DNA of 64,000 bases, taken from positions 3,553,302 through 3,617,301 of the forward strand of contig OZ244810.1 of assembly GCA_965220155.1 (NCBI GenBank). The letters run 5' to 3'. Shown piece after piece: positions 54,159 through 63,304 of this stretch; position 1 is the first letter of the stretch; each line of letters begins with the position of its first letter. A program made the translations under genes and the position numbers. This DNA comes from Dehalococcoidia bacterium (GTDB lineage: Bacteria; Chloroflexota; Dehalococcoidia; SHYB01). The notes below the pieces were generated by a model that saw only the letters and a list, made by a program, of their open reading frames with translations, searched no databases and was not told the origin of the DNA.

Positions 54159-54980
54159 CTAGGAGGCGCCGCTCTTCGCCCTCATTTTCTGCACGTCCAT
54201 TCCGGATATAGCGTCGCCGTGGACAAGCTCGGAGTGCGTGTGGGAGAGCTGGTGCAGGGCAAAAGCCCCCTGCATCGCGGTGTGCTGGCCCATCGCGTCC
54301 ATGGAATCGTTGACGGCCTTCTTCGCCATTCGAAGAGACCACGCGTCCATTTGCGAGATCTTCTGCGCCATGGTCATGGTCTCGTCCAGGAGGTCATCCT
54401 TTGCAACTACTTTATTGACCATGCCAAGCCGGTAGGCCTCCTGGGCGTCGATGAACTCTCCCGTGAACAGCAGCTCCTTGGCCTTGCGGTGGCCCCACTC
54501 CCACGGATGGGCGAAGTACTCGACGCCCGGGATCCCCATACGGAGGACCGGGTCGCTGAACTTCGCGTCGTCCGACGCGATGATGATGTCGCACGGCCAG
54601 GCCAGCATCAGGCCGCCAGCTATGCAGTAGCCTTGGACCGCGGCGATGGTGGGCTTGGGGATGTCGCGCCACCGCCGGCAATAGCCCAAGTAGGCGTCGC
54701 TCTCGTATTCCCAGCGGCTCTCCGCTCCCGGGTCCCGCGGGTTCTTCTCCCAGTAGGCCCTGGACTCGGCCGTGCCGATGTCGTGCCCCGCCGAGAAACT
54801 TGGCCCGTTGGCTTTCAGGATGATGACTTTGATGTCTTTGTCTTTCTCGGCCATGGAGAAAGCCGTGTCCAGCTCCCGGAGCAGAGGGGGGTGCTGGGCG
54901 TTGCGGGTCTCGGGACGGTTGAGGGTGATCATCCCGATGGAGTCTTCCTTGTCGTACAGAATGAAATCGAGCTCTTGCAT
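54159..54980 (-). CDS. Enoyl-CoA hydratase/isomerase (crotonase) family protein
   Basis: Real start is ATG 54980 (MQELDFILYDKEDSIGMITLNRPETRNA) with AAGGGAG SD. ANGPSFSAGHD and AAVQGYCIAGG. The N-terminal 270 aa of track ORF 54159..55790 is antisense to the BKACE gene. Confidence 0.9.
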   Translation of the reverse strand: MQELDFILYDKEDSIGMITLNRPETRNAQHPPLLRELDTAFSMAEKDKDIKVIILKANGPSFSAGHDIGTAESRAYWEKNPRDPGAESRWEYESDAYLGYCRRWRDIPKPTIAAVQGYCIAGGLMLAWPCDIIIASDDAKFSDPVLRMGIPGVEYFAHPWEWGHRKAKELLFTGEFIDAQEAYRLGMVNKVVAKDDLLDETMTMAQKISQMDAWSLRMAKKAVNDSMDAMGQHTAMQGAFALHQLSHTHSELVHGDAISGMDVQKMRAKSGAS

Positions 54981-55139
54981 GCTTGTCTCCCTTTGGGCCG
55001 ATGGGTTCCAGCCGATCCCCGGGGGGGCAGCCGCCAGTATATCACCGGGCCGGACTCGGTCTCCGGCCTCCCGTTTCAGGCGTGATAGAATCCGCTGGCT
55101 CCGGAACGCGGGAGCCCTTCGGGAAGGGGAGGCAGCGCA

Positions 55140-56027
55140 ATGCAGAAGATGATGATCGAGGCCGCCATCAACGAGCTGGCGACCAAAGAGCAGAACCCCC
55201 ACGTCCCCTACGGACCGGAAGAGGTAGCCGAGGATGCCATAGCTTGCGCCAAGGCGGGGGCCGCCATCGTCCATTTCCACGCCCGTGACGCCCAGACGGG
55301 GGAGCAGCTGTGGACGAGCGCGGACACCTACAAGGAAGCGATCAGGCTGATCCGCAAGGAATGCGACGCCATCATCTACCCGACCTATCCAGGCCGGCGG
55401 TCGAAGGAGGAGCGGATCGGCCACGTCCTGGAGCTCGGGCGCGACCCCGAGATTCGCCTGGAGCTCGCCACCTTGGATGTGGGCGCTACCAACAACGGCC
55501 GGTTCGACGCCGGGACCGGGGAGCTCATCCGGGATGCTACTTATGTCAACACGCATCAAGAGATGATGTACTTCATGAAAGAGCTGACGGAGCTCGGCGT
55601 GACGTTCAACTTCGGCCTCCGAGACATCGGCCACGCGCGGCACGTGGGCGCTTACCTGAGAGCCGGCATGGTGCCCGGCCCGCTCATTCTGAAAATCTTC
55701 TTCTCGGACTCCGACCCCTACGGCCCCTACCCCGACGCTAAGGGCCTGTCCATGTACATGGATATGGTGCCCCGCGAAAAAGAATGCCATTGGTTCAGCG
55801 TGACCTTCGGCGGTGCGGGGGACGGCTCCATCTTCCGGCCGTTAAGCATGATGGCGGCGGCCACCGGTGGGCACATCCGGACCGGCCTCGGCGACAACCC
55901 AAGGCTGGATGGTAGGGCCTATACCAACGTCGAACAGGTCAAGATCGCCGTCGAGATGGCGCATATGGCCGGCCGGGAGGTCGCCACGACGGTCGAGGCT
56001 CGCGCCATGATGGGGATGGTCGCCTAG
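55140..56027 (+). CDS. BKACE family enzyme (3-keto-5-aminohexanoate cleavage enzyme-like, DUF849)
   Basis: 295 aa. IEAAINELATKEQNPHVPYGPEEVAEDAIACAKAGAAIVHFHARD... and GGHIRTGLGDN are typical of the family. Confidence 0.8.
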   Translation: MQKMMIEAAINELATKEQNPHVPYGPEEVAEDAIACAKAGAAIVHFHARDAQTGEQLWTSADTYKEAIRLIRKECDAIIYPTYPGRRSKEERIGHVLELGRDPEIRLELATLDVGATNNGRFDAGTGELIRDATYVNTHQEMMYFMKELTELGVTFNFGLRDIGHARHVGAYLRAGMVPGPLILKIFFSDSDPYGPYPDAKGLSMYMDMVPREKECHWFSVTFGGAGDGSIFRPLSMMAAATGGHIRTGLGDNPRLDGRAYTNVEQVKIAVEMAHMAGREVATTVEARAMMGMVA

Positions 56028-56052
56028 CCGGCGGCCCTCCGCCGCCCTACCA

Positions 56053-56092
56053 TCACACAACCGTCCACACGTTCACACAACCGTCCACACGT
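56053..56092. repeat. Perfect 20-bp tandem duplication spanning a stop codon
   Basis: TCACACAACCGTCCACACGT occurs twice (56053..56072 and 56073..56092). The second copy holds the stop and the last codons (..NVWTVV) of the flavin reductase gene. Confidence 0.9.
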
Positions 56093-56651
56093 TGGGCGTT
56101 ATGTCGTGCATGGTCCTCCGGGAAATCTCGATCTCGCCCTGGATCTTTCGGCCCCACTCCTCGAGCCACTCTTTCGGCACGATCTCCCGCATTTGGCGCC
56201 AATACAAAGGCTCCCCCTCCGTGACCATGCCACCATCGACCACGTCGGCCAGGAACACCGTCATATCGCCGCCGTCCATCGCATTGATGACCCTGCAATC
56301 GAAATAGCCCAGGCAGTCGTGAAACACGGGACTCCCCGTCTCTCTCTTTTCGTAGGCAATATCTGCCAGCTTATCGCGGTCCCTTCCGGAGACGTATCCC
56401 AGGCTTTTCACCGTTTCAGTCTGGTCCACCCGCATGAAGCAAAGGGCAAAAGCGCGGCTATTGAACACCTGGTCGTGGCTGAAGTTGGTCTTGTAGAGCT
56501 GCACAGAAACCCGGGGTAGGTCGGGCACGATGGAAGCCCCCCCGATGGCCAGGGCGATCTGCGCATTGTCTTTTCCCTGCCACGAGCTGGTCACAGCGGC
56601 AAGGGGGGACCAGAGAAGGCCCATGACCGGGGCGATTCTTCCGTAATCCAT
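56073..56651 (-). CDS. Flavin reductase-like FMN-binding domain protein
   Basis: Real start is ATG 56651 (MDYGRIAPVMGLLWSPLAAVTSSWQGKDNAQ...) with GGAGG SD 5 nt upstream. RAFALCFM...GDMTVFLADVV fits the flavin reductase split-barrel pattern. Confidence 0.65.
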   Translation of the reverse strand: MDYGRIAPVMGLLWSPLAAVTSSWQGKDNAQIALAIGGASIVPDLPRVSVQLYKTNFSHDQVFNSRAFALCFMRVDQTETVKSLGYVSGRDRDKLADIAYEKRETGSPVFHDCLGYFDCRVINAMDGGDMTVFLADVVDGGMVTEGEPLYWRQMREIVPKEWLEEWGRKIQGEIEISRRTMHDITPNVWTVV

Positions 56652-56810
56652 GCCAACCTCCGGGGTAAAAGCCCCGCGCGATTCGAGTAGGGCGGCTATC
56701 CCCCCAGCTCCGCGGCCTCGCCGGACCCCAGGGAGGTCTACTCCACGCGATGACTGGGGAGCAGGCGGACACTGTAAGCTATAATTGGCAGACCTGAACA
56801 GAGGTAATTC

Positions 56811-57671
56811 GTGGACTTCGTGAAGATGCATGGGGCTGGCAACGACTTCATCGTCGTTGATGGCAGGGCAGAGCACCGGGACTGGCCCGGCCTGGCGAAA
56901 GCCCTCTGCGACCGTCATTTCGGCGTCGGAGCGGACGGGATCCTCGTGGTTGCGCCGTCCTCCGCGGCCGATTTCCGGATGCGTATGTTCAACCCCGATG
57001 GATCTGAAGCCGAGATGTGCGGCAACGGCATCAGGTGCTTCGCCCAGTACGTGGTGGAGGAAGGTCTTTCATCGAACGGTCACGCAGGCCTGACTGTCGA
57101 GACCCTTGCCGGGCTTCACCACCTGACCCTCGATAGCGTCGGCGGTCCCGTACGCTCTGTGCGCGTGGGTATGGGGAAACCCATTTTGAAGCCCGGGGAT
57201 ATCCCGGTGGCTGCTGAAGGCGAAGTTCCTTTGCTCGACTACCCCTTGAACGTCGACGGCGCCATGATCGCCGTGACGTGCGTCTCCATGGGGAATCCTC
57301 ACGCGGTGGCCTTCATCGACACGCCAGTTGCATTGTGGCCCCTGGACCAGATCGGCCCCAAGGTCGAGCACCACGATTTCTTCCCGAGACGGGTGAACTT
57401 CGAAATCGTGAATGTGCTGGACCGCCAGCGCCTTTCGGCGCGGGTGTGGGAACGGGGAGCTGGACTGACGCTCGCCTGCGGCAGCGGCGTCTGCGCCATA
57501 GCCGTCGCCGCCCGGCTGAAGGGGCTTATCGATGACAGAGTCGAGATCGGCCTGCCGGGTGGAGCGCTATCCATCGAGTGGGACGGCGCCGGTGAGCTCT
57601 GGCTGGAGGGCCCCACCGAGCTGGTGTTCAGGGGCGTATGGAGCGGAGCCGGGCTCCAAGACACTGCGTAG
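56811..57671 (+). CDS. dapF: Diaminopimelate epimerase
   Basis: 286 aa. MDFVKMHGAGNDFIVVDGR, catalytic Cys motifs EMCGNGIRC and ACGSGVCA. Confidence 0.95.
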   Translation: MDFVKMHGAGNDFIVVDGRAEHRDWPGLAKALCDRHFGVGADGILVVAPSSAADFRMRMFNPDGSEAEMCGNGIRCFAQYVVEEGLSSNGHAGLTVETLAGLHHLTLDSVGGPVRSVRVGMGKPILKPGDIPVAAEGEVPLLDYPLNVDGAMIAVTCVSMGNPHAVAFIDTPVALWPLDQIGPKVEHHDFFPRRVNFEIVNVLDRQRLSARVWERGAGLTLACGSGVCAIAVAARLKGLIDDRVEIGLPGGALSIEWDGAGELWLEGPTELVFRGVWSGAGLQDTA

Positions 57672-57790
57672 GGGCCCTTACCCGCGGCGTGCCGCTGCGG
57701 CCGACCCACCGCCGCACCACCCCGGTTCCTGTATCATGGTGCGGCCCGGGGAATCGCCCTACCCCCAATCCTTGCGAGGAGCCCTGCCGA

Positions 57791-58954
57791 ATGGAGCTTG
57801 CGAGCCGCGTCGACCAGCTGCCCCCTTACCTGTTCGTCGAGATCACGAGGAAGATAGCCGCGAAGCGGGCCGAGGGAATCGACGTCGTCACGTTCGCTAT
57901 CGGGGACCCGGACATCCCAACACCGCAGCACATCCTGGACCGCCTGGGTAAAGAGGCCCAGGTGCCGGCGAATCACCGCTACCCAGAGAGCGATGGCCTT
58001 CCCGAGTTCCGCCGGGCCATCGCGAGCTGGTACCAAAAGCGGTTTGGGGTGACGCTCGACTCCGATACGGAGGTCCTGCCACTCATCGGGGCGAAGGAGG
58101 GGATCGGGCACATGGCCCTGTGCCTGATAGACCCTGGAGATATCGCGCTGATCCCTGACCCTGGGTACCCGGTCTACTCCACCGGTACGATGTTTGCCGG
58201 AGGCGAGTCCCATACGATGCCCCTCGAGGAGGAGAACGGCTTTCTACCCGACCTGGATGCTATCCCCGAGGACGTCGCCCGCCGGGCGAAAGTCCTCTGG
58301 GTGAACTACCCGAACAACCCCACTGGGGCCGTTGCGGACCTCGGCTTCTTCCAGAAGCTCGCTGATTTTGCGATCAAGTACGACATTCCCGTCTGTCATG
58401 ACGCTCCCTATACGGAGATCGCCTTCGACGGCTACAGACCCGCAAGCTTCCTTCAGGCACGGGGGGCTATGGACGTCGGCATTGAGTTCCACTCACTCTC
58501 GAAGAGCTACAACATGACCGGATGGCGCGTCGGCATGGCGATCGGCAACGCCAAGCTGATTAACGCTCTGATGCGGGTCAAATCGAACCTGGACTCAGGA
58601 ATTCCCCAGGCAATCCAGATCGCGGGGATCGAAGCGCTCAACGGCCCGCAGGACTGCATACAAGACAACGTCCGGGCGTATCAGCGGCGGCGCGACCGGC
58701 TGGTAGAGGCGCTGACAGCACTGGGCCTCAGGGTCACAAGCCCGAAGGCAAGCTTGTACGTTTGGGCGCGTGTACCAGAAGGGTTTACCTCCGCGGAATA
58801 CGCCGCGAAGCTCATCGACGAGGCTGCCGTCGTCGTCACCCCTGGGAGCGGGTACGGGAAGTACGGCGAAGGCTACGTCCGCCTATCGCTGACCCTACCT
58901 GACACCGAGCTGGAGAAGGGTGTCGAACGGATTGCCGCCCTGGCGGGCAAGTAG
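57791..58954 (+). CDS. dapL: LL-diaminopimelate aminotransferase
   Basis: MELASRVDQLPPYLFVEITRKIAAKRAEGIDVVTFAIGDPDIPTP..., NYPNNPTG, HSLSKSYNMTGWRVG (PLP Lys). ATG 57791; the track ORF begins at 57638 inside dapF. Confidence 0.9.
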   Translation: MELASRVDQLPPYLFVEITRKIAAKRAEGIDVVTFAIGDPDIPTPQHILDRLGKEAQVPANHRYPESDGLPEFRRAIASWYQKRFGVTLDSDTEVLPLIGAKEGIGHMALCLIDPGDIALIPDPGYPVYSTGTMFAGGESHTMPLEEENGFLPDLDAIPEDVARRAKVLWVNYPNNPTGAVADLGFFQKLADFAIKYDIPVCHDAPYTEIAFDGYRPASFLQARGAMDVGIEFHSLSKSYNMTGWRVGMAIGNAKLINALMRVKSNLDSGIPQAIQIAGIEALNGPQDCIQDNVRAYQRRRDRLVEALTALGLRVTSPKASLYVWARVPEGFTSAEYAAKLIDEAAVVVTPGSGYGKYGEGYVRLSLTLPDTELEKGVERIAALAGK

Positions 58955-59011
58955 GGGAGCCCGCCCATCTCCAGAGCCCCAATTCACACGAGGCCGACCG
59001 TCGAGCGGGCA

Positions 59012-60163
59012 GTGCTGGTCGGCGTCGAGATCCGCGGGCAGCGTAGGGCGCTGTCTCCGAGCGAGTCGCTTGACGAGCTGGCCCAACTAGCCACCACGGC
59101 CGGGGCTACCATCGAGGGCGCCGTCACGCAGCGCCTGGAACGCAGGACTCCCTACTATGTAGGCAAGGGCAAGCTGGAGGAGATCAGGGACCTGGTAGGG
59201 GCGCGCTCCGCAGACCTCGTGGTGCTGGACGATGAGCTAAACCCCACTCAGCAGCGCAACCTCGAGAATGTGCTGCGCGTCAAGGTCATCGATCGTGCCG
59301 CCCTGATCATCGACATTTTTGCCAGCCATGCCAGGACCCGGGAAGGGCGGCTCCAGGTCGACCTCGCCCAGCACCAGTACCTGCTGCCTCGGCTCGCCGG
59401 TCAGTGGTCGCACCTCGAGCGGTTGGGCGGCGGAATCGGCACCCGCGGCCCAGGAGAGACTCAGATCGAGACCGACCGCCGCTTGATCCGCGGGAGGATT
59501 CGGCGTCTCAGGGTGGCGATCGAGGAGGTCCGCGTCCACCGCTCGCTCTATCGTCGGCGCCGGAGGAAACGGGGTGTAAAGGTAGCCGCTCTGGTCGGCT
59601 ATACCAATGCCGGAAAGAGCACGCTGTTCAACGCCCTGAGCAGGGCAGACACTCTTGTCCAGGACCAGCTCTTCGCCACGCTGGACCCAGTGACTCGAAG
59701 ATGCCGGCTTCCCTCCGGCCGCGACTTCCTCCTCACCGACACCGTAGGGTTCATCAACAAGCTGCCGACGGCCCTAGTTGCAGCATTCCGCGCCACGCTC
59801 GAGGAGCTGGAGGAGGCCGACGTCCTGGTCCATGTGACCGACATGACGCACAGCAGCGCGGCTGAGCAGGCTCAGGTCGTCGAGCGAACACTGCACGGGA
59901 TGGGCTTGGCCGGCAAGCCGACCGTGACGGCATTGAACAAGCTGGACCTCGCGTTCCCAGCGGCTCGGGATGAACGAGATGCACACGCAGCTATCGGTTC
60001 CCTCCCACGCGAGGCGAGCCACCGGGATAGGCGCACCGTCATGCTGTCTGCGGCCAAACGCTGGTGCCTTCCGCGGCTACTCGAGGCCATCGAGGAGGCG
60101 CTCCAAGACGAGAGCCCCGCAGAGGTCAATGGGCGTCAGCGAGTCGAGATTACCGGGGACTAG
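59012..60163 (+). CDS. hflX: GTPase HflX
   Basis: YYVGKGKLEEI, NPTQQRNLE, RLQVDLAQHQY, G1 GYTNAGKSTLFN, G3 DTVGF, G4 NKLD. GTG start. Confidence 0.9.
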   Translation: MLVGVEIRGQRRALSPSESLDELAQLATTAGATIEGAVTQRLERRTPYYVGKGKLEEIRDLVGARSADLVVLDDELNPTQQRNLENVLRVKVIDRAALIIDIFASHARTREGRLQVDLAQHQYLLPRLAGQWSHLERLGGGIGTRGPGETQIETDRRLIRGRIRRLRVAIEEVRVHRSLYRRRRRKRGVKVAALVGYTNAGKSTLFNALSRADTLVQDQLFATLDPVTRRCRLPSGRDFLLTDTVGFINKLPTALVAAFRATLEELEEADVLVHVTDMTHSSAAEQAQVVERTLHGMGLAGKPTVTALNKLDLAFPAARDERDAHAAIGSLPREASHRDRRTVMLSAAKRWCLPRLLEAIEEALQDESPAEVNGRQRVEITGD

Positions 60164-61392
60164 GCAGCGACTGACTTCAGCTCTTCCTTAGGCGTGAAGT
60201 CCAGGCTAACCGGGTTGTCGAGCTCGAGCGGGCTTTGCAACCCCAGCTCCTTGCCATACTCTCGCAGTGCCGGCATGACCTCTTGGCCCATGAGCCTGAT
60301 GCAGGTCATGGAGTCTTCGTGGGTGACCTTCCCATCGTTACCCCACAAGGCCAGGATGGACGGCCTGGTTTCCTTCATGATGTGCTTGAGGCGGGCCGTC
60401 ACCTGGTCGGGCGTGCCGGCGATGATCGTGCCGGACTCTAGCTGCTCTTCGAAGGACGGCCAGACGCGCATCTCGCCCTTGCCGCTAGCCGAAAGGCGGT
60501 TGCGGCGAGTCGTGGGAGAGCCGTAACCGGGCGGATTCCCCCAAACGGGGTGTCCAAGCCCCGTGAACTCTCCCTGCATCCACATAAACTCCCGCCCGTT
60601 TTGCTTTGCCTTCTCCTCGCTATCGCTAATGTGACAGCGGATCAGATACCCGCGGTTCTCCGGGCCGGCTTCGTAGCCGACGCCCGCCGCGGCCTCGTCG
60701 TAGATGTCCCACATCTTCTTCGTGTCTTCCACCGTGGTGTTGAGCGCGATGTACGGATAGCGGTGCTCCGCCGACCAGATGATGGTCTCCTTGCTGGCCA
60801 CGCCGGGAACCCAGATACGGGGATGAGGCTTCTGCAGCGGGACTGCCCAAGGGTTCACGACACGGAACTGATAGTGGTTGCCCTCCCAGCGGAAGGGGCC
60901 CGGCACGGTCCAGGCTTTCACGATAAGGTCGTGGGCCTCCTCAAACCGTTCCCGGTTGTATGCCGGATTGACGTTGGTAGAGAGCTGCTCCGTGCCGCCC
61001 CCCCGGACGATACCGCCAACCAGCCGCCCCTTGCTGATCATATCGATCATGGACAGCTCCTCCGCCAGGCGCACCGGGTTGTCGGCCAGCGGTAGGGGGT
61101 TCCCCAGCAACACGATCTCCACCCGATTGGTCATCCCCGCAAGGATGGCCGCGTAGATGTTGACCTTGGACTGCATGCAGAAGGGGGCATTATGGTGCTC
61201 GTTGAGCATGATCCCATCGACGCCCATCTCCTCGGCATAGATGTATTCCTCAAGGCGCTCGTTATACAGCCGGCTTCCTTCTACGGGGTCGTAGTGGCTG
61301 TTCGAGAACGTGAGTGCCGTGAACTTGAAGGCGCGGCCCTCCTCCTCCGGGTACGCGCTCATGGGTTGCTCGGTGAAATACATCAGATGCAT
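60160..61392 (-). CDS. LLM-class (luciferase-like) flavin/F420-dependent oxidoreductase
   Basis: ATG 61392 (MHLMYFTEQPMSAYPEEE...) with GAAGGAG SD 6 nt upstream. GVDGIMLNEHHN, VLLGNPLP. The stop shares the CTAG at 60160..60163 with convergent hflX. Confidence 0.85.
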   Translation of the reverse strand: MHLMYFTEQPMSAYPEEEGRAFKFTALTFSNSHYDPVEGSRLYNERLEEYIYAEEMGVDGIMLNEHHNAPFCMQSKVNIYAAILAGMTNRVEIVLLGNPLPLADNPVRLAEELSMIDMISKGRLVGGIVRGGGTEQLSTNVNPAYNRERFEEAHDLIVKAWTVPGPFRWEGNHYQFRVVNPWAVPLQKPHPRIWVPGVASKETIIWSAEHRYPYIALNTTVEDTKKMWDIYDEAAAGVGYEAGPENRGYLIRCHISDSEEKAKQNGREFMWMQGEFTGLGHPVWGNPPGYGSPTTRRNRLSASGKGEMRVWPSFEEQLESGTIIAGTPDQVTARLKHIMKETRPSILALWGNDGKVTHEDSMTCIRLMGQEVMPALREYGKELGLQSPLELDNPVSLDFTPKEELKSVAA

Positions 61393-61491
61393 CGGTCGCT
61401 CCTTCCCCTGGGCGTCCAGGGTCGCCCGGCGTCGGACAATGATCGGAATCCGGGGAGTCTGGGCGAGGGCCAACGGTCTCGAGGGATTATA

Positions 61492-62418
61492 TCAAACGAG
61501 GAACTTCCTTATTGCCCACTCGACGGCTGGATACGGGTCATCAGTTATGTCAACCCAGCTGATCCTTGGGTCGGATGCTCTGAACCACGAGTACTGGTGC
61601 CTCACGAACCGATGCGTCGCCGTCTTCGTCCTGTCGATTGCAGCGCCCAGCTCCAGCTCACCACCGAGGTGCCGGACGATCTCTTTGTAGCCAAAGCCCG
61701 ACATCGATGGCAGCTCAAGGCCATAGCCCATCTTCAGAAGGCGGCGCACCTCGCCGACCCATCCCCGATGGAACATCTCCTCGATGCGTTTGTCGATTCG
61801 CCGGTAGAGGGCGGCTCGCTCCTGGGTAAGCCCGATAATGAGCGGCTCGTATGGCGGGGGCTCCCGCTTCCCGACCTGTGAGAACGGAGTCCCTGTGGCC
61901 CTGGAAACTTCGATAGCGCGGATGACTCTCCTGACATTTCGCGGGTCGATCCGTTCAGCGCCGGCGGAGTCCACCTCGGAAAGCATCCGATGGAGGAGGT
62001 CCACGCCGCCTTCCCGGGCCGAAACGGCGGCCAGCTCCCGGCGCAGGCACTCATCAGGAGGGACCCGAGGGACCCGAAGCCCCTCCAATAGCGCCCAAAC
62101 GTAATGCCCTGAGCCCCCAACCAGGAAGGGGACCTTCTGTCTGGCATGCAAGTCCGAGACAGCGTTTCCCGCCATCCCCTGGAAGCGGGCGACGCTAAAA
62201 TCCTCGTCCGGGTCGACTGCATCGATCACATGGTGCGGCACCCCCTCCCTCTCTTCCAGGGTCGGCTTGCCGGTACCGATGTCCATGTGGCGGTATACCT
62301 GGCGGCTATCGGCCCCGATGATCTCGCCCCGGAACCTTTTGGCGAGGCGTACCGCCAGGGCGCTCTTGCCCGCCCCGGTCGGCCCGACAATAGCGACTAT
62401 CGGGATGAGTGAAGACAC
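61492..62418 (-). CDS. miaA: tRNA dimethylallyltransferase
   Basis: IVAIVGPTGAGKSALAVRLA (P-loop), DSRQVYRHMDIGTGKPT, PHHVID. Start placed at GTG 62418. The track start 62568 would overlap tpiA by 53 nt. Confidence 0.85.
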   Translation of the reverse strand: MSSLIPIVAIVGPTGAGKSALAVRLAKRFRGEIIGADSRQVYRHMDIGTGKPTLEEREGVPHHVIDAVDPDEDFSVARFQGMAGNAVSDLHARQKVPFLVGGSGHYVWALLEGLRVPRVPPDECLRRELAAVSAREGGVDLLHRMLSEVDSAGAERIDPRNVRRVIRAIEVSRATGTPFSQVGKREPPPYEPLIIGLTQERAALYRRIDKRIEEMFHRGWVGEVRRLLKMGYGLELPSMSGFGYKEIVRHLGGELELGAAIDRTKTATHRFVRHQYSWFRASDPRISWVDITDDPYPAVEWAIRKFLV

Positions 62419-62515
62419 GGGTGACTGCCACCAACGGGTCCGAGCTTCTGCGTCGTCCGGCGGCCTCGAAGCGCCAAGACGAGCCTGCAGACGGAACCGC
62501 AACCGGGATGCCCCA

Positions 62516-63274
62516 CTAGCCCCTCCTGGCGGCGGCCTGTTGGGCGAGGGTGATGAAGTCCGCAGCATTCAGGCTCGCGCCGCCCACCAATCCTCCATCG
62601 ACCTCCGGCTGGGCCATGAGCTCCGAGATGTTCTGAGGACTGACGCTGCCGCCATACAGGATGCGGACCTGCTGCGCGAAATCCCGGCCGTATTGCTTTT
62701 CCAGCAAGCCTCGGATGAACCCGATGGTCTCGTTAGCATCCCCGGCGCTCGCCGCCTTCCCCGTCCCTATGGCCCAGACCGGCTCGTAAGCGATGACCAG
62801 GGCCTCCGAAGCGGCGATGCCGGCAAGGCCTCCGCGGACCTGGCGCCCGATGACGTCCTCGGCGCGTCCCGACTCGCGCTCCTCGAGCCGCTCGCCTACA
62901 GCCAGGATCGGCTTGAGTCCGGCCGATAAGGCGGCAGCCACCTTCTTGTTGATGAGCGAATCATCTTCATGAAAAACCGCGCGGCGTTCCGAGTGCCCAA
63001 GAATGACGTATTCGCAGAGCCCCGCCAGCATCGTCGACGAGACCTCTCCGGTGAAGGCCCCCTTGGCCTCTTCGTGCATGTTTTGCGCCCCGAGCTTCAG
63101 TGACGAGCCGGCCAGCAACCTGGCCACCGGCACAAGGGAGACGAAGGGGGGGCAGACCAATGTCTCCACCCCAGAGAGGCTCTCTATTGGCTCCAGCATG
63201 TCCCGGACCAGCGCCTCCGCGTCAGCTACCGTGGTATTCATCTTCCAGTTCCCGGCGATCAGTGGAACGCGCAT
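62516..63274 (-). CDS. tpiA: Triosephosphate isomerase
   Basis: 252 aa. PLIAGNWKMN, ILGHSERR, VIAYEPVWAIGTG, YGGSV. Confidence 0.95.
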   Translation of the reverse strand: MRVPLIAGNWKMNTTVADAEALVRDMLEPIESLSGVETLVCPPFVSLVPVARLLAGSSLKLGAQNMHEEAKGAFTGEVSSTMLAGLCEYVILGHSERRAVFHEDDSLINKKVAAALSAGLKPILAVGERLEERESGRAEDVIGRQVRGGLAGIAASEALVIAYEPVWAIGTGKAASAGDANETIGFIRGLLEKQYGRDFAQQVRILYGGSVSPQNISELMAQPEVDGGLVGGASLNAADFITLAQQAAARRG

Positions 63275-63304
63275 GAGAACCCCCGCAGTTGGTCCGTCTG
63301 GAGG

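Noticed and set aside
54981-55790. N-terminal 270 aa of the 543-aa minus-strand ORF 54159..55790
   Set aside because: It is antisense to the BKACE gene. The crotonase starts at ATG 54980 with a good SD.
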